This document shows, one piece after another, positions 5,544-14,206 of a stretch of DNA of 32,000 nucleotides. The stretch is from Candidatus Babeliales bacterium (GTDB lineage: Bacteria; Babelota; Babeliae; Babelales; UASB340), in contig JAGLWI010000005.1 of NCBI GenBank assembly GCA_023133515.1, positions 8,434 through 40,433 of the forward strand, in the 5' to 3' direction. Numbering within the stretch: the first letter of the stretch is position 1; each line of letters opens with the position of its first letter. The notes below the pieces were generated by a model. It saw only the letters and a list, made by a program, of their open reading frames with translations. It did not search any database and was not told the origin of the DNA. The translations under genes and the position numbers were made by a program.

Positions 5544-7265
5544 ATGATAAAAAACATTAGAAATGTATTTTTCAAAACATTTACTTGGATATTTTTAGCA
5601 ATATCCGCTTTTTCTTTTACTAATACATATTCCCAGGTTCAAGTTCACAGATTGCAATCTCTTTCACAACAAAGTGCAGACTGTGGTTTTTATGCTACTT
5701 GGGGAGCAAGCTGTATGGCTCAAAACAACTCTTTAAACGAAGCAAGAAAAATATTATTAGATAGAAACTTATTTAATCAAAAATTAATAAATTGGAAGAA
5801 AAACATAAAAAAATATAATGGTACAAAAACCAATATAAATGGTAATGAAATGCATAAATTCGTTCTTCCAACTCTAAACAACAAAGAACACATAACTATT
5901 ATCGATAGTCCAAAACATTTCAACGCTATAAAATCAAACGTTGCTGTTCCTTGTGAACTTATAAAAGGAATCGAAGAATTTCGAAAAAATGGAATTCCTC
6001 ATGCCATTATATACAATCAAGGTGGACACTGGGTTGGCTATGGAATTAGAAAAGAAAACAGACAAACTATAATTTTTAAAACAAATTCTTGCGGAACATC
6101 GGAAAATAAATATGTAGCCAAAAATGGAACAATTGAAGATATGTTATACAAATGGTTTACAGGCCAAGAAAAACTTATTCCAGGTGAAATAATTCAAGAA
6201 ATCGATAGAATTGCAAATACGATTAACTTTAATCAAGATATATTATCTGCCAAAAATTACATTTATAACTTATTTAATAAAGTAATACTTCTTGGATTGC
6301 AAAACACAAAAAGTTACTGCAATATTCTTATTAATAATTTTGATATCATAAAGAATTTTGGACCAGATGCTATAAAAGAAAGTTTCGAAATTTACATTTT
6401 AAATATTTCTAAAAATATAGAAAGATTTAAAAATTATGCTAGTCTTCAACTATATTCTAATTATAAAAATGTTAATATTACAAATGAAAACGCACCATAC
6501 ATACTTAAAAAAATAGCTGATCAATTTAATAAACAATTCTCACTTCAAATTTTAACTTCTACTAATAATGAAAAGAATATAAATCCTTTCTGTAATGAAT
6601 ATGCATATCAAATTCTAAATAATATAATTCAGCAAAATATAAAACCAAAAAGAATAAATCCAATAATAATAAAAGAAAATAAAATCGAAAAAGAAAAATT
6701 ATTTGTTCAACCGGTTACTCCTAAAACTCAAGTTAAAAAAACTACTCCAAAAAAACAAGTTAAAAAAACCATTCAACCCACTACTCCAAAACAAGCAATA
6801 GATCCTTCTGTAATAAAACAAGTTAAACAAACAATAAAAGAAAAGATTAATGAATTTAATTCTTCCAAAGATCCTAAAAAAGCTGAACAACTTATGTTTG
6901 AAATTACTGATCTAATTATAGAATTTAGGTTATGGAAACAATATGCAAAAATGATTAGAGATATGCCAAATAAACTTGAAAAATCAAAAACAAAGGAAAA
7001 AGAAAATAAAACAAAAAAATTAAAATACAATGATGAATCTAATACTCAAATTAAACAGGCAATAAAACGCAGAATTCTTTCTCTTAAAGAACTAATGTCA
7101 AATATTTGGAAACTAAGCCAAAAAGAAAAACAAAGCCTAAATGAATATGGTATAAAAATTGAATTAAATGAAATAATCGAACTAATAGAAAGTGCTCAAT
7201 TAACAAAGCTAGAAAAAGAAAACTTTCAAAAAGACATCAATTTAATAATAACAGCTTTAGAATAG
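5544..7265 (+). CDS. Secreted hypothetical protein with N-terminal papain-fold (Josephin/UCH-like) cysteine-peptidase signature and Lys-rich C-terminal region
   Basis: GGAGG lies 8 nt upstream of the ATG. Signal peptide ...FLAISAFSFTNTYSQ. Q42-x4-C47-G (QQSADCGFYA), then H162-W (IIYNQGGHWVGYGIRK) and FKTNS. This resembles Josephin (Q-x4-C; ICNYKEHWFTVRKL..FNLNS). TPK repeats and a K/E-rich helical tail follow. Confidence 0.7.
   Translation: MIKNIRNVFFKTFTWIFLAISAFSFTNTYSQVQVHRLQSLSQQSADCGFYATWGASCMAQNNSLNEARKILLDRNLFNQKLINWKKNIKKYNGTKTNINGNEMHKFVLPTLNNKEHITIIDSPKHFNAIKSNVAVPCELIKGIEEFRKNGIPHAIIYNQGGHWVGYGIRKENRQTIIFKTNSCGTSENKYVAKNGTIEDMLYKWFTGQEKLIPGEIIQEIDRIANTINFNQDILSAKNYIYNLFNKVILLGLQNTKSYCNILINNFDIIKNFGPDAIKESFEIYILNISKNIERFKNYASLQLYSNYKNVNITNENAPYILKKIADQFNKQFSLQILTSTNNEKNINPFCNEYAYQILNNIIQQNIKPKRINPIIIKENKIEKEKLFVQPVTPKTQVKKTTPKKQVKKTIQPTTPKQAIDPSVIKQVKQTIKEKINEFNSSKDPKKAEQLMFEITDLIIEFRLWKQYAKMIRDMPNKLEKSKTKEKENKTKKLKYNDESNTQIKQAIKRRILSLKELMSNIWKLSQKEKQSLNEYGIKIELNEIIELIESAQLTKLEKENFQKDINLIITALE
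6714..6767 (+). repeat. 27-nt imperfect tandem repeat inside the CDS (VTPKTQVKK / TTPKKQVKK), with a third degenerate unit to about 6797
   Basis: GTTACTCCTAAAACTCAAGTTAAAAAA (6714-6740) and ACTACTCCAAAAAAACAAGTTAAAAAA (6741-6767). Confidence 0.7.
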
Positions 7266-7273
7266 ATAATTTA

Positions 7274-7387
7274 AAAACTTATACGAAAATTAAAACAAAT
7301 TTGCAATGGCGCTCATTCTAGTGCTGAGTATTATCGAAGTATCGAAGAATGAAGCGCTGTATCCTTCGACAAGCTCAGGATGAGCGC
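7274..7387. repeat. Palindromic element copy A2
   Basis: The right arm ATCCTTCGACAAGCTCAGGATGAGCGC is intact (7361-7387). The left arm is expanded: GCGCTCATTCTAGTGCTGAGTATTATCGAAGTATCGAAGAATGAAGCGC. The core differs at 1 position from copy 19802-19914. It starts 9 nt after the stop codon of ORF 5544..7265. Confidence 0.85.
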
Positions 7388-7456
7388 ATTATTTTAAACA
7401 TCAAATTTAAATACAGAATAAGTTCTAAAGAATAATTAACTAATCTTTATTTTTCC

Positions 7457-7485
7457 TTGAACTAAATACGCTTTAAGACTATACT
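7457..7485 (+). promoter_or_regulatory. Candidate promoter for ORF 7543..8232
   Basis: TTGAAC (7457-7462), 17-nt spacer, TATACT (7480-7485). Confidence 0.4.
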
Positions 7486-7542
7486 CTTGCCAACTAAAAG
7501 TATTTAGAGTTGTTATAATGCATTCAATTTTAATCGTTTAAA

Positions 7543-8232
7543 ATGACAAAACTTTTTCTTAAAACAATTTGTTGGCAAATATTATTTATTGCATCTTTAA
7601 CAAATTACACCAAATCTTTTTCACTAAGCCAAAACCAAACACACAATGCTATTCAAAAAGAAACAAAAAGCGAATTAGAAAAATGTACATTCTTAGAAAA
7701 TGCACTGTTATCAAATAATAAAAAACCAGCTTTTACTCAAAAATTAATAAAAACCATACTAATGATAACCATTCCTATAGCAACAAGTATTTTAATTTGT
7801 AAAACAATAGATCATTTTATTTTTATCCCATTCACATTTAAAAAAAACGATAATATTCTTAAAAATATAACAAAGAGGCACCTTAACTCATCTTCTCCAA
7901 ATTATTCTTCACACAAAAAACACATATCAAACGGATATCAAAATATTAATAGAATCATCTTTATAACTTTATCTATCGTCACTTATTTTGTAATGAAACA
8001 ATTATTAAAAGTAAAAGAAAAAACAAATCTCAAAAATCTAGAAAATTTTATAAAAAATTGGCCTAAAAATAAAATAAATACACCAGAAATATTTCATAAT
8101 AATTTCACAAATATTCATAATCAATTTTTGAAAAATAAAAAATTGAATATAAACGAATTAGAAGCAAAAAAAATAATCGTTTCTATAATTCTTGAAATGA
8201 TCGAATATAAATTAAGTTTAAACTTTTTTTAA
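7543..8232 (+). CDS. Hypothetical membrane protein
   Basis: 229 aa. Hydrophobic N-terminus and two further hydrophobic segments (LMITIPIATSILIC, IIFITLSIVTYFVM). No recognisable motif and no clear RBS. The 3' end overlaps fabF convergently by 15 nt. Confidence 0.45.
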   Translation: MTKLFLKTICWQILFIASLTNYTKSFSLSQNQTHNAIQKETKSELEKCTFLENALLSNNKKPAFTQKLIKTILMITIPIATSILICKTIDHFIFIPFTFKKNDNILKNITKRHLNSSSPNYSSHKKHISNGYQNINRIIFITLSIVTYFVMKQLLKVKEKTNLKNLENFIKNWPKNKINTPEIFHNNFTNIHNQFLKNKKLNINELEAKKIIVSIILEMIEYKLSLNFF

Positions 8233-9483
8233 AACAAGAACTGAATTTCCTCCACCAAATCCAAAAGAATTGGAAATAGCGTAATTACAAGAAAACTCAC
8301 GTGAATTATGTGGAATATAATCTAAATCACATTGTGGATCAGGATTTTCAAGGTTGATTGTTGGAGGAAAAATCTGGTTTTTAAGTGCAAGAGCCGTAAA
8401 AGAAATTTCCGTTCCTCCTGCCGCCCCTAACATATGACCAGTCATAGATTTTGTAGAACTTATAACAGATCTTTTTGGATTATTTTTTTCAACATTTTTT
8501 CCAAAAACTTTTTTTATAGCCAATGTTTCAATCAAATCATTCATAACAGTTGAAGTACCATGTGCATTTATATAACCTACTCTTGAGCAATCTATTTTAG
8601 CATCATAAAGAGCATTCCGAATTGATTTTACAGCACCACGACCCTCAGGATGCATAGCAGTTATATGATATGCATCAGAAGTAGAACCATAACCTACTAA
8701 TTCTGCATAGATATTTGCACCACGATCTTTTGCAAAGTCCATTCTTTCAAGAACCAATAATCCAGCACCTTCACTCATCACAAAACCAGATCGATCCCTA
8801 TCAAAAGGTCTACAAGCACCTTTTGGATCACCATTCCATGAAGAAAGAGATCTCATGTTACCAAAAGCTCCTATAGCTAAAGGAATAATACAACTCTCTG
8901 ATCCCCCTGTAAGCATTTGATCAACATAACCGTCTCGAATCATTCTAAAAGAAAATCCAACCGCATCACCACTTGAAGAACAAGCATTTACAATAGAACT
9001 CATAGGACCTTGCAAATTCCACATCATAGAAAGTTGCGCACCTGCCTGATTGATGATAGCTTTTGGTATTAAAAATGGTGAAACCCTTTTAACGCCACTT
9101 TTTTCTAACTCTACAGATGCCTGATTTATAGATGAAACTCCTCCAATTCCAACACCAATACACGTTCCAAATCTATCCCTTATTTTGGGATTGTTTTGAT
9201 CAAAGCCAGAATCCCTGATCGCCTGATCAGCAGCCAACATTGCCAAATGAATAAAACGATCGGTTTTGCGTTTTTTATTAGAAGGAATTATTTTATCAAT
9301 AAGTTCTTGATCATCTGTTACTCTTCCAAAAACCTTGTACGGATAATTGGTAATAGTATGATGATCAAAAATAGAAAGCCCAGAATGACCTTCAATAAGA
9401 TTATTCCACGTATCTAAAGTATTATTACCAAGAGGGGTTACAAGACCAATTCCTGTAATAACAACTCTTCTTTTATGTGACAT
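8218..9483 (-). CDS. fabF: 3-oxoacyl-ACP synthase II (KAS II)
   Basis: 421 aa. RRVVITGIGLVTPLG, active-site Cys context NACSSSGDAV, HGTSTVMND, GHMLGAAG, and the C-terminal SFGFGGGNS. Confidence 0.9.
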   Translation of the reverse strand: MSHKRRVVITGIGLVTPLGNNTLDTWNNLIEGHSGLSIFDHHTITNYPYKVFGRVTDDQELIDKIIPSNKKRKTDRFIHLAMLAADQAIRDSGFDQNNPKIRDRFGTCIGVGIGGVSSINQASVELEKSGVKRVSPFLIPKAIINQAGAQLSMMWNLQGPMSSIVNACSSSGDAVGFSFRMIRDGYVDQMLTGGSESCIIPLAIGAFGNMRSLSSWNGDPKGACRPFDRDRSGFVMSEGAGLLVLERMDFAKDRGANIYAELVGYGSTSDAYHITAMHPEGRGAVKSIRNALYDAKIDCSRVGYINAHGTSTVMNDLIETLAIKKVFGKNVEKNNPKRSVISSTKSMTGHMLGAAGGTEISFTALALKNQIFPPTINLENPDPQCDLDYIPHNSREFSCNYAISNSFGFGGGNSVLVLKKV

Positions 9484-9512
9484 TTATATATAAAATTTTA
9501 ATAATGAAAAAC

Positions 9513-9761
9513 TTATTTTGTCCTTGACTCATGAATAAGATCAACCGCTTCTTGAACTATCTTTATTTTTTCTGCATTCTCATCTTTTATCTCAATTCCA
9601 AAAGTTTCTTCAAAACTCATTATAATTTCAACTATATCCAAAGAATCCGCCCCAAGATCCTGAAACGAGGCCTCCGCCTTTACATTCTCTTTCGGCATAT
9701 TCAATTTTTCTGAAATTATGTTTACAACCTTTTGTAAAGTATCTTCTTTTGAAAATGCCAT
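9513..9761 (-). CDS. acpP: Acyl carrier protein
   Basis: 82 aa. Phosphopantetheine-site motif [22 protein letters not shown] upstream. Confidence 0.9.
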   Translation of the reverse strand: MAFSKEDTLQKVVNIISEKLNMPKENVKAEASFQDLGADSLDIVEIIMSFEETFGIEIKDENAEKIKIVQEAVDLIHESRTK

Positions 9762-9893
9762 GTATCAAGTCTCCTATAATAAAAAACCTTTTAATATAAT
9801 AAATTAGGTTAAAGAATTTTTAATAATATAGAAAGTTTTATTTTTTTCCAGAAATTTATCCCTCGATACAATTTTTTCTCCGAAAAAATCACT

Positions 9894-9934
9894 TCCACCG
9901 TCGCCAAGGCTATGGTGGACAGGTGGGACAAACG
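9894..9934. other. GC-rich hairpin island in the fabG-acpP spacer
   Basis: TCCACC (9894-9899) / GGTGGA (9914-9919) stem around GTCGCCAAGGCTAT, followed by CAGGTGGGACAAACGG. The local GC content is far above the surrounding sequence. Confidence 0.4.
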
Positions 9935-9987
9935 GAAAATAGGAGTTTTTGCTTTATAAATGGTATATTTTAATTATCAAACTCACG

Positions 9988-10734
9988 TTAAAACAATCCA
10001 CCATTCAAATCAATAACAGATCCGGTAATATAATCAGCCTTTCCACCTGTCAAAAATTCAACAAGATAAGCTACTTCATTCGGTTCACCAAATCTTTTCA
10101 AACTTATTCTTTGCAAAATTGCATTCTTAATATTTTCATCTAATTTTTTAGTCATATCTGTCTGAATAAAACCTGGCGCTATAGCATTAACTAAAATATT
10201 TCTTTTTCCATACTCAGCCGCCAAAGTTTTTGTAATAGAAATCAAACCAGCCTTGCTGGCGGCATAGTTTATCTGCCCAACATTTCCAGTTTTTCCAACA
10301 ATAGAACTAATATTAATAATATAACTTTTAGATTGACGCATCATACGCTTTATCGCAAATTTGCAACAAAAAAATGCCCCTTTAAGATTGACATCAAAAA
10401 CATCATCCCAATTTTTTTCATCCATTCTTATCGCAAGTGAATCACGAGTAATTCCAGCATTATTAACAAGAATATCTAATGAATCATTTTTTAAAATATC
10501 AAAAAGTTGAAAAAATCCATGATCTATTGATTTTGTATCAGAAATATCTACAAGAAAATAATAAATTCCGAAATTTTTTAATTCTTCTACTCTTTTATCC
10601 TCTTTTGCAACATGATCAAAAACAAAAACACAATCTCCTCTTTTTTTTAAAGTCAGAGCAATTGCTTTGCCAATTCCCTGCAAACCACCCGTAATAAGAA
10701 CATTTTTATGCAACTTCTTCTGTAATTTCATCAA
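9988..10734 (-). CDS. fabG: 3-oxoacyl-ACP reductase
   Basis: 248 aa SDR. ITGGLQGIGKAIA, NNAGI, and YAASKAG catalytic Tyr-x3-Lys. Confidence 0.85.
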   Translation of the reverse strand: MMKLQKKLHKNVLITGGLQGIGKAIALTLKKRGDCVFVFDHVAKEDKRVEELKNFGIYYFLVDISDTKSIDHGFFQLFDILKNDSLDILVNNAGITRDSLAIRMDEKNWDDVFDVNLKGAFFCCKFAIKRMMRQSKSYIINISSIVGKTGNVGQINYAASKAGLISITKTLAAEYGKRNILVNAIAPGFIQTDMTKKLDENIKNAILQRISLKRFGEPNEVAYLVEFLTGGKADYITGSVIDLNGGLF

Positions 10735-11710
10735 CTTCTAAAGACTCTTGTTTAACTTCTTCAAAATCTTTTTCTCTTCCAAGAAAAGTTAAAAGATTTT
10801 TTATATCTTCAGGAATATTTATTGAAACAATTTTTTTATCTGGCCATTCTCTTTGCAACATTTTTGCCAATTTATCCAATGGACCCAACTGAATAATAAT
10901 ATCACAATCTTTAAATTCTTTCATCGATTGCCACCATAAAATAGGAGCACTAAGCTGCTTTACCAATGATGTTTTTACTTGATCATGATTTAAAATAACT
11001 TTTGCTTGCACATTATTTACGAAAGGAATTAAAAGATCTTTAAAGTCAACCTTCAACATATAATCATCAAACTTTTTTGCAGGCTCTAACATCAGCCTTG
11101 AATGAAAAGCCCCTGCAACATTTAATGGTATCGCCTTACCTTTAGCAGATTTAACATCTAATTTTATCTTCTCAAGTTCAGGAAATGTTCCAGAAATAAC
11201 AAATTGTTTGGAAGAATTAAAATTTACAATCTGTGCAACACGTTCAACTCCAGAAACATCATCATATTTGCTGCAAATCTCACGTAGATTATTTTCACTT
11301 AATCCTATAACGGCCAACATTCCACCATTCTGAGATTTCGTAGCCTCATCCATAAATAAAGAACGTTTTTTTAAAAGATATAACGCATCAGGAAATGTAA
11401 TTCCTTTTGCTGCATAAATAGCAGAATATTCCCCAGAACTATGGCCTGCTACAATATCAGGAACAATTCCATATTTTTCATTTAAAATAGAGTATATTGA
11501 AGCACTAATAAGAAAAATAGCCGTTTGCGCATTTATTGTTTCACACAATTCTTTTTCTGATGATGCAAAACAAAGACGTACAAAATTTTGATCCAAACAT
11601 TTTGATGCTTGCTCAAAATGCTCTTGAACTATACGTTCATCATCATAAAATTCTTTTCCCATTCCCAAGAATTGTGATCCTTGACCAGGAAAAATCATTC
11701 CTATTTTCAT
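10706..11710 (-). CDS. fabD: Malonyl-CoA:ACP transacylase with an acidic C-terminal extension
   Basis: 334 aa. FPGQGSQ, GHSSGEYSA (GHSxG nucleophile), AFHS. AGGAG RBS. The tail ...EEVKQESLEVDEITEEVA overlaps the fabG start by 29 nt. Confidence 0.85.
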   Translation of the reverse strand: MKIGMIFPGQGSQFLGMGKEFYDDERIVQEHFEQASKCLDQNFVRLCFASSEKELCETINAQTAIFLISASIYSILNEKYGIVPDIVAGHSSGEYSAIYAAKGITFPDALYLLKKRSLFMDEATKSQNGGMLAVIGLSENNLREICSKYDDVSGVERVAQIVNFNSSKQFVISGTFPELEKIKLDVKSAKGKAIPLNVAGAFHSRLMLEPAKKFDDYMLKVDFKDLLIPFVNNVQAKVILNHDQVKTSLVKQLSAPILWWQSMKEFKDCDIIIQLGPLDKLAKMLQREWPDKKIVSINIPEDIKNLLTFLGREKDFEEVKQESLEVDEITEEVA

Positions 11711-11724
11711 CGATAACTCCTAAC

Positions 11725-13224
11725 TTATTTAAATAAATCTAAATTTTCCTGTAACATCTTTATTAAAAAACTTATCCTTTCCAAGGATTTTTCTTTACCT
11801 AAAATAGTCATCAATTCAAAAACTCCTGGGCTCATAATTTTCCCAGTAAGCGCCAATCTTAAAGGTTGAGCCAATGCAACCAATTTCATATCAACTTCTT
11901 TACAAACATCTTTTGCAATCTTATTTAATTCACTCGTGGTGAGTGCGCCGTAGGCGTGTCGATCATCCTGAGCCTGTCGAAGGATCGAACCATCAAATTT
12001 TTTAAGAGAAGAAATATTATTTTCATAAGATTGCATCAAACCTATACTTTTCTTTGATAACCATTTTTTTATCAAATTTAAATCCAAAACCTTTGGCGAC
12101 TTTGCAAAAGAAATTATATCTTGAACCATATTTAAAATTCTTATCGCTCTTGCTCCATATTGAGTAAAAAGTTCTTCTAACTGTTCTTTTTCCCAAAACT
12201 TTATCAACTCTTCTTTATAATTATTCTCAATATTTTCTACGGCCTTTATAAATCCTTCAAAGTCTAATTTTCTAATATAAACCCCATTCAGCCATTCAAG
12301 TTTTTTAATGTCAAAGATTGCACCCTTTTTACCAACATTATCCAAAGAAAAATGTTTTATCATTTCATCTTTTGTAAAAATCTCTTGATCACCATGAGAC
12401 CAACCAAGACGTACTAAATAATTAAAAAGAGCATCAGGCAAAAATCCTTGTACTCTATATTCATCAACACTCACTGCCGCATCACGCTTACTCAATCTAT
12501 GTCCAGATGGACCAAGAATTAAAGGCAGATGAGCAAAAACTGGTAATTTTTCATTCAATGCTTTATAAATAAAAATCTGTTTCGGTGTATTAGAAATATG
12601 ATCCTCTCCACGTATAACATGAGAGATTTTCATAAAAATATCATCTAATACAACAACAAAATTGTATGTCGGAATACCATCTTGTCTTAAAATTATAAAA
12701 TCATTTATCTGATCTATATCAACACTAATTTTTCCACGTATTACATCTTCAAACTCAATTCTTTTTTGATCTCTCGGAACACGAAATCTTATAGCATAAG
12801 GTTTTTGCAAATCCTGCTCAGAATATTTTTTATCTTTACAATTACACTGCTCTTGCTCAACATAAAATTCTTCAACTTTTTTTGGCTCAGCAGCAACTGC
12901 AGATGGCTGGCAAAAACACGGATAAGCTAATCCTTTTTCTAAAAAATCTTTTGCAATTTTTTTGTGCTCTTCAATGCGAGATAATTGATACAATACTGAT
13001 TCATCTGATAATAATCCCAACCACTTTAATGATTTAAGCTGAAATTCAACATATTCCTTTTTAGATCTTACCTGATCAGTGTCCTCAATACGTACCAAAT
13101 ATTTTCCATTATTATGTCTTGCAAACAACCAATTAAAAATAGCTACACGCACACTTCCAACATGCAAATGACCTGTTGGAGATGGAGCAAAACGAACTCT
13201 TACTTCATTTTTAAAATCTGCCAT
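11725..13224 (-). CDS. gltX: Glutamyl-tRNA synthetase
   Basis: 499 aa. RFAPSPTGHLHVGSVR (HIGH motif), RLSKRD (KMSKS-type), and the C-terminal LAQPLRLALTG. The stop lies 14 nt upstream of the fabD start. Confidence 0.9.
   Translation of the reverse strand: MADFKNEVRVRFAPSPTGHLHVGSVRVAIFNWLFARHNNGKYLVRIEDTDQVRSKKEYVEFQLKSLKWLGLLSDESVLYQLSRIEEHKKIAKDFLEKGLAYPCFCQPSAVAAEPKKVEEFYVEQEQCNCKDKKYSEQDLQKPYAIRFRVPRDQKRIEFEDVIRGKISVDIDQINDFIILRQDGIPTYNFVVVLDDIFMKISHVIRGEDHISNTPKQIFIYKALNEKLPVFAHLPLILGPSGHRLSKRDAAVSVDEYRVQGFLPDALFNYLVRLGWSHGDQEIFTKDEMIKHFSLDNVGKKGAIFDIKKLEWLNGVYIRKLDFEGFIKAVENIENNYKEELIKFWEKEQLEELFTQYGARAIRILNMVQDIISFAKSPKVLDLNLIKKWLSKKSIGLMQSYENNISSLKKFDGSILRQAQDDRHAYGALTTSELNKIAKDVCKEVDMKLVALAQPLRLALTGKIMSPGVFELMTILGKEKSLERISFLIKMLQENLDLFK
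11931..11992. repeat. Palindromic-element arm embedded in frame within gltX
   Basis: On the minus strand, GATCCTTCGACAGGCTCAGGATGATCGAC matches the arm ATCCTTCGACAAGCTCAGGATGAGCGC at about 24/27 positions. It encodes SILRQAQDDRHAYGALT. It forms a GC-rich island inside an AT-rich gene. Confidence 0.75.
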
Positions 13225-13319
13225 AAAAAATCCAATAAATTAATGAGGATAAATAATTAATTCAAAGAACAAAAATAATAAATTACTAGCTGTAATAACC
13301 ACCAATGAGGCTAATTTCA

Positions 13320-13347
13320 ATTATAAAACAAACCCGTCAAAATGCAA
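13320..13347 (-). promoter_or_regulatory. Candidate promoter for gltX-fabDG-acpP-fabF
   Basis: Minus strand: TTGCAT (13347-13342), 16-nt spacer, TATAAT (13325-13320). About 95 nt upstream of the gltX ATG. Confidence 0.4.
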
Positions 13348-13423
13348 ATTTTTATTACTTTTATTCACTTTTCTCAATTTTTAACAAACCTATTTTCACT
13401 TTTTTCTAAAAGTTTACAGATAG

Positions 13424-13454
13424 AAAACAAGGGCCACTTTATGGCCCTTGTTTT
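13424..13454 (-). terminator. Rho-independent (bidirectional-type) terminator after the TPR-like gene
   Basis: 12-bp stem AAAACAAGGGCC (13424-13435) / GGCCCTTGTTTT (13443-13454) with loop ACTTTAT. A/T tracts are built into both stem ends. Confidence 0.7.
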
Positions 13455-13471
13455 ATTACATTTTTATGTTT

Positions 13472-14206
13472 TTATTTACTACTGATAAGTTTTAATTTTG
13501 GCTTTGCAAGCTCTACCCACCAAGAAGGTTTTTTTGCTGTCTTACCATATTTTAAAATCAATTGATTCCAATAATTTCTTGTCTCATCAAAATTTTTTTC
13601 ATGCCAAAAATATTCACCTAAACGATATAAAACCATATCATGCGCAGGACTATTTTGATCCAACACAATCTGTTTCAAACTTTCAATACCTTTTTCTTTC
13701 AACTCTTTTTCATTGCTATCAATATGCATTAACGCTAATTTCACATTATAATAAGAATAACTTACAGATGATTTATCCATTATACCCAAAGCTTTTTTTA
13801 AAATATCAATTGCCTGAATTATTTTCCCAAGATTTAAAAGAGCTTCAGATTGATAAACAAGAAACATAGATGCTATTCCAGCCCTTTTATTATCTTGATA
13901 TCCTTTCGCAAAAACTTTCTCAACTTTAATCCATTTTTCTTTTTCTGATGCAAAAAAACTTTTATTAAAATCAAGTTCTTTGCTTTCTTCATCCTTACGA
14001 ATAGGCATGTTGAAATATTTTAAAGCCTTCACAAATGATTTGTGTGCTTTTCGTTGAATTCGAGACTTGTAATAACCATAACCAATAAACAAAAAAATTA
14101 ATGTTATAACCAACAATATCCCAATAAAAAACTCTTTCTTGTGACTTAATGCATAATTATATGCTCTACGTAGCCACACTAGCAAAGGATTTTTCGCAAA
14201 TTCCAT
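13472..14206 (-). CDS. N-terminally membrane-anchored helical-repeat (TPR-like, YfgM-like?) protein
   Basis: 244 aa. One TM segment, FFIGILLVITLIFLFIGYGYY, followed by helical-repeat-like sequence. The gene overlaps the plsX 3' end by 41 nt. Confidence 0.55.
   Translation of the reverse strand: MEFAKNPLLVWLRRAYNYALSHKKEFFIGILLVITLIFLFIGYGYYKSRIQRKAHKSFVKALKYFNMPIRKDEESKELDFNKSFFASEKEKWIKVEKVFAKGYQDNKRAGIASMFLVYQSEALLNLGKIIQAIDILKKALGIMDKSSVSYSYYNVKLALMHIDSNEKELKEKGIESLKQIVLDQNSPAHDMVLYRLGEYFWHEKNFDETRNYWNQLILKYGKTAKKPSWWVELAKPKLKLISSK

Noticed and set aside
6699-7030. ORFs 6699..6890(-) and 6773..7030(-)
   Set aside because: They are antisense readings of the Lys-rich (AAA/AAG) part of ORF 5544..7265, which give Phe-rich artefactual translations.
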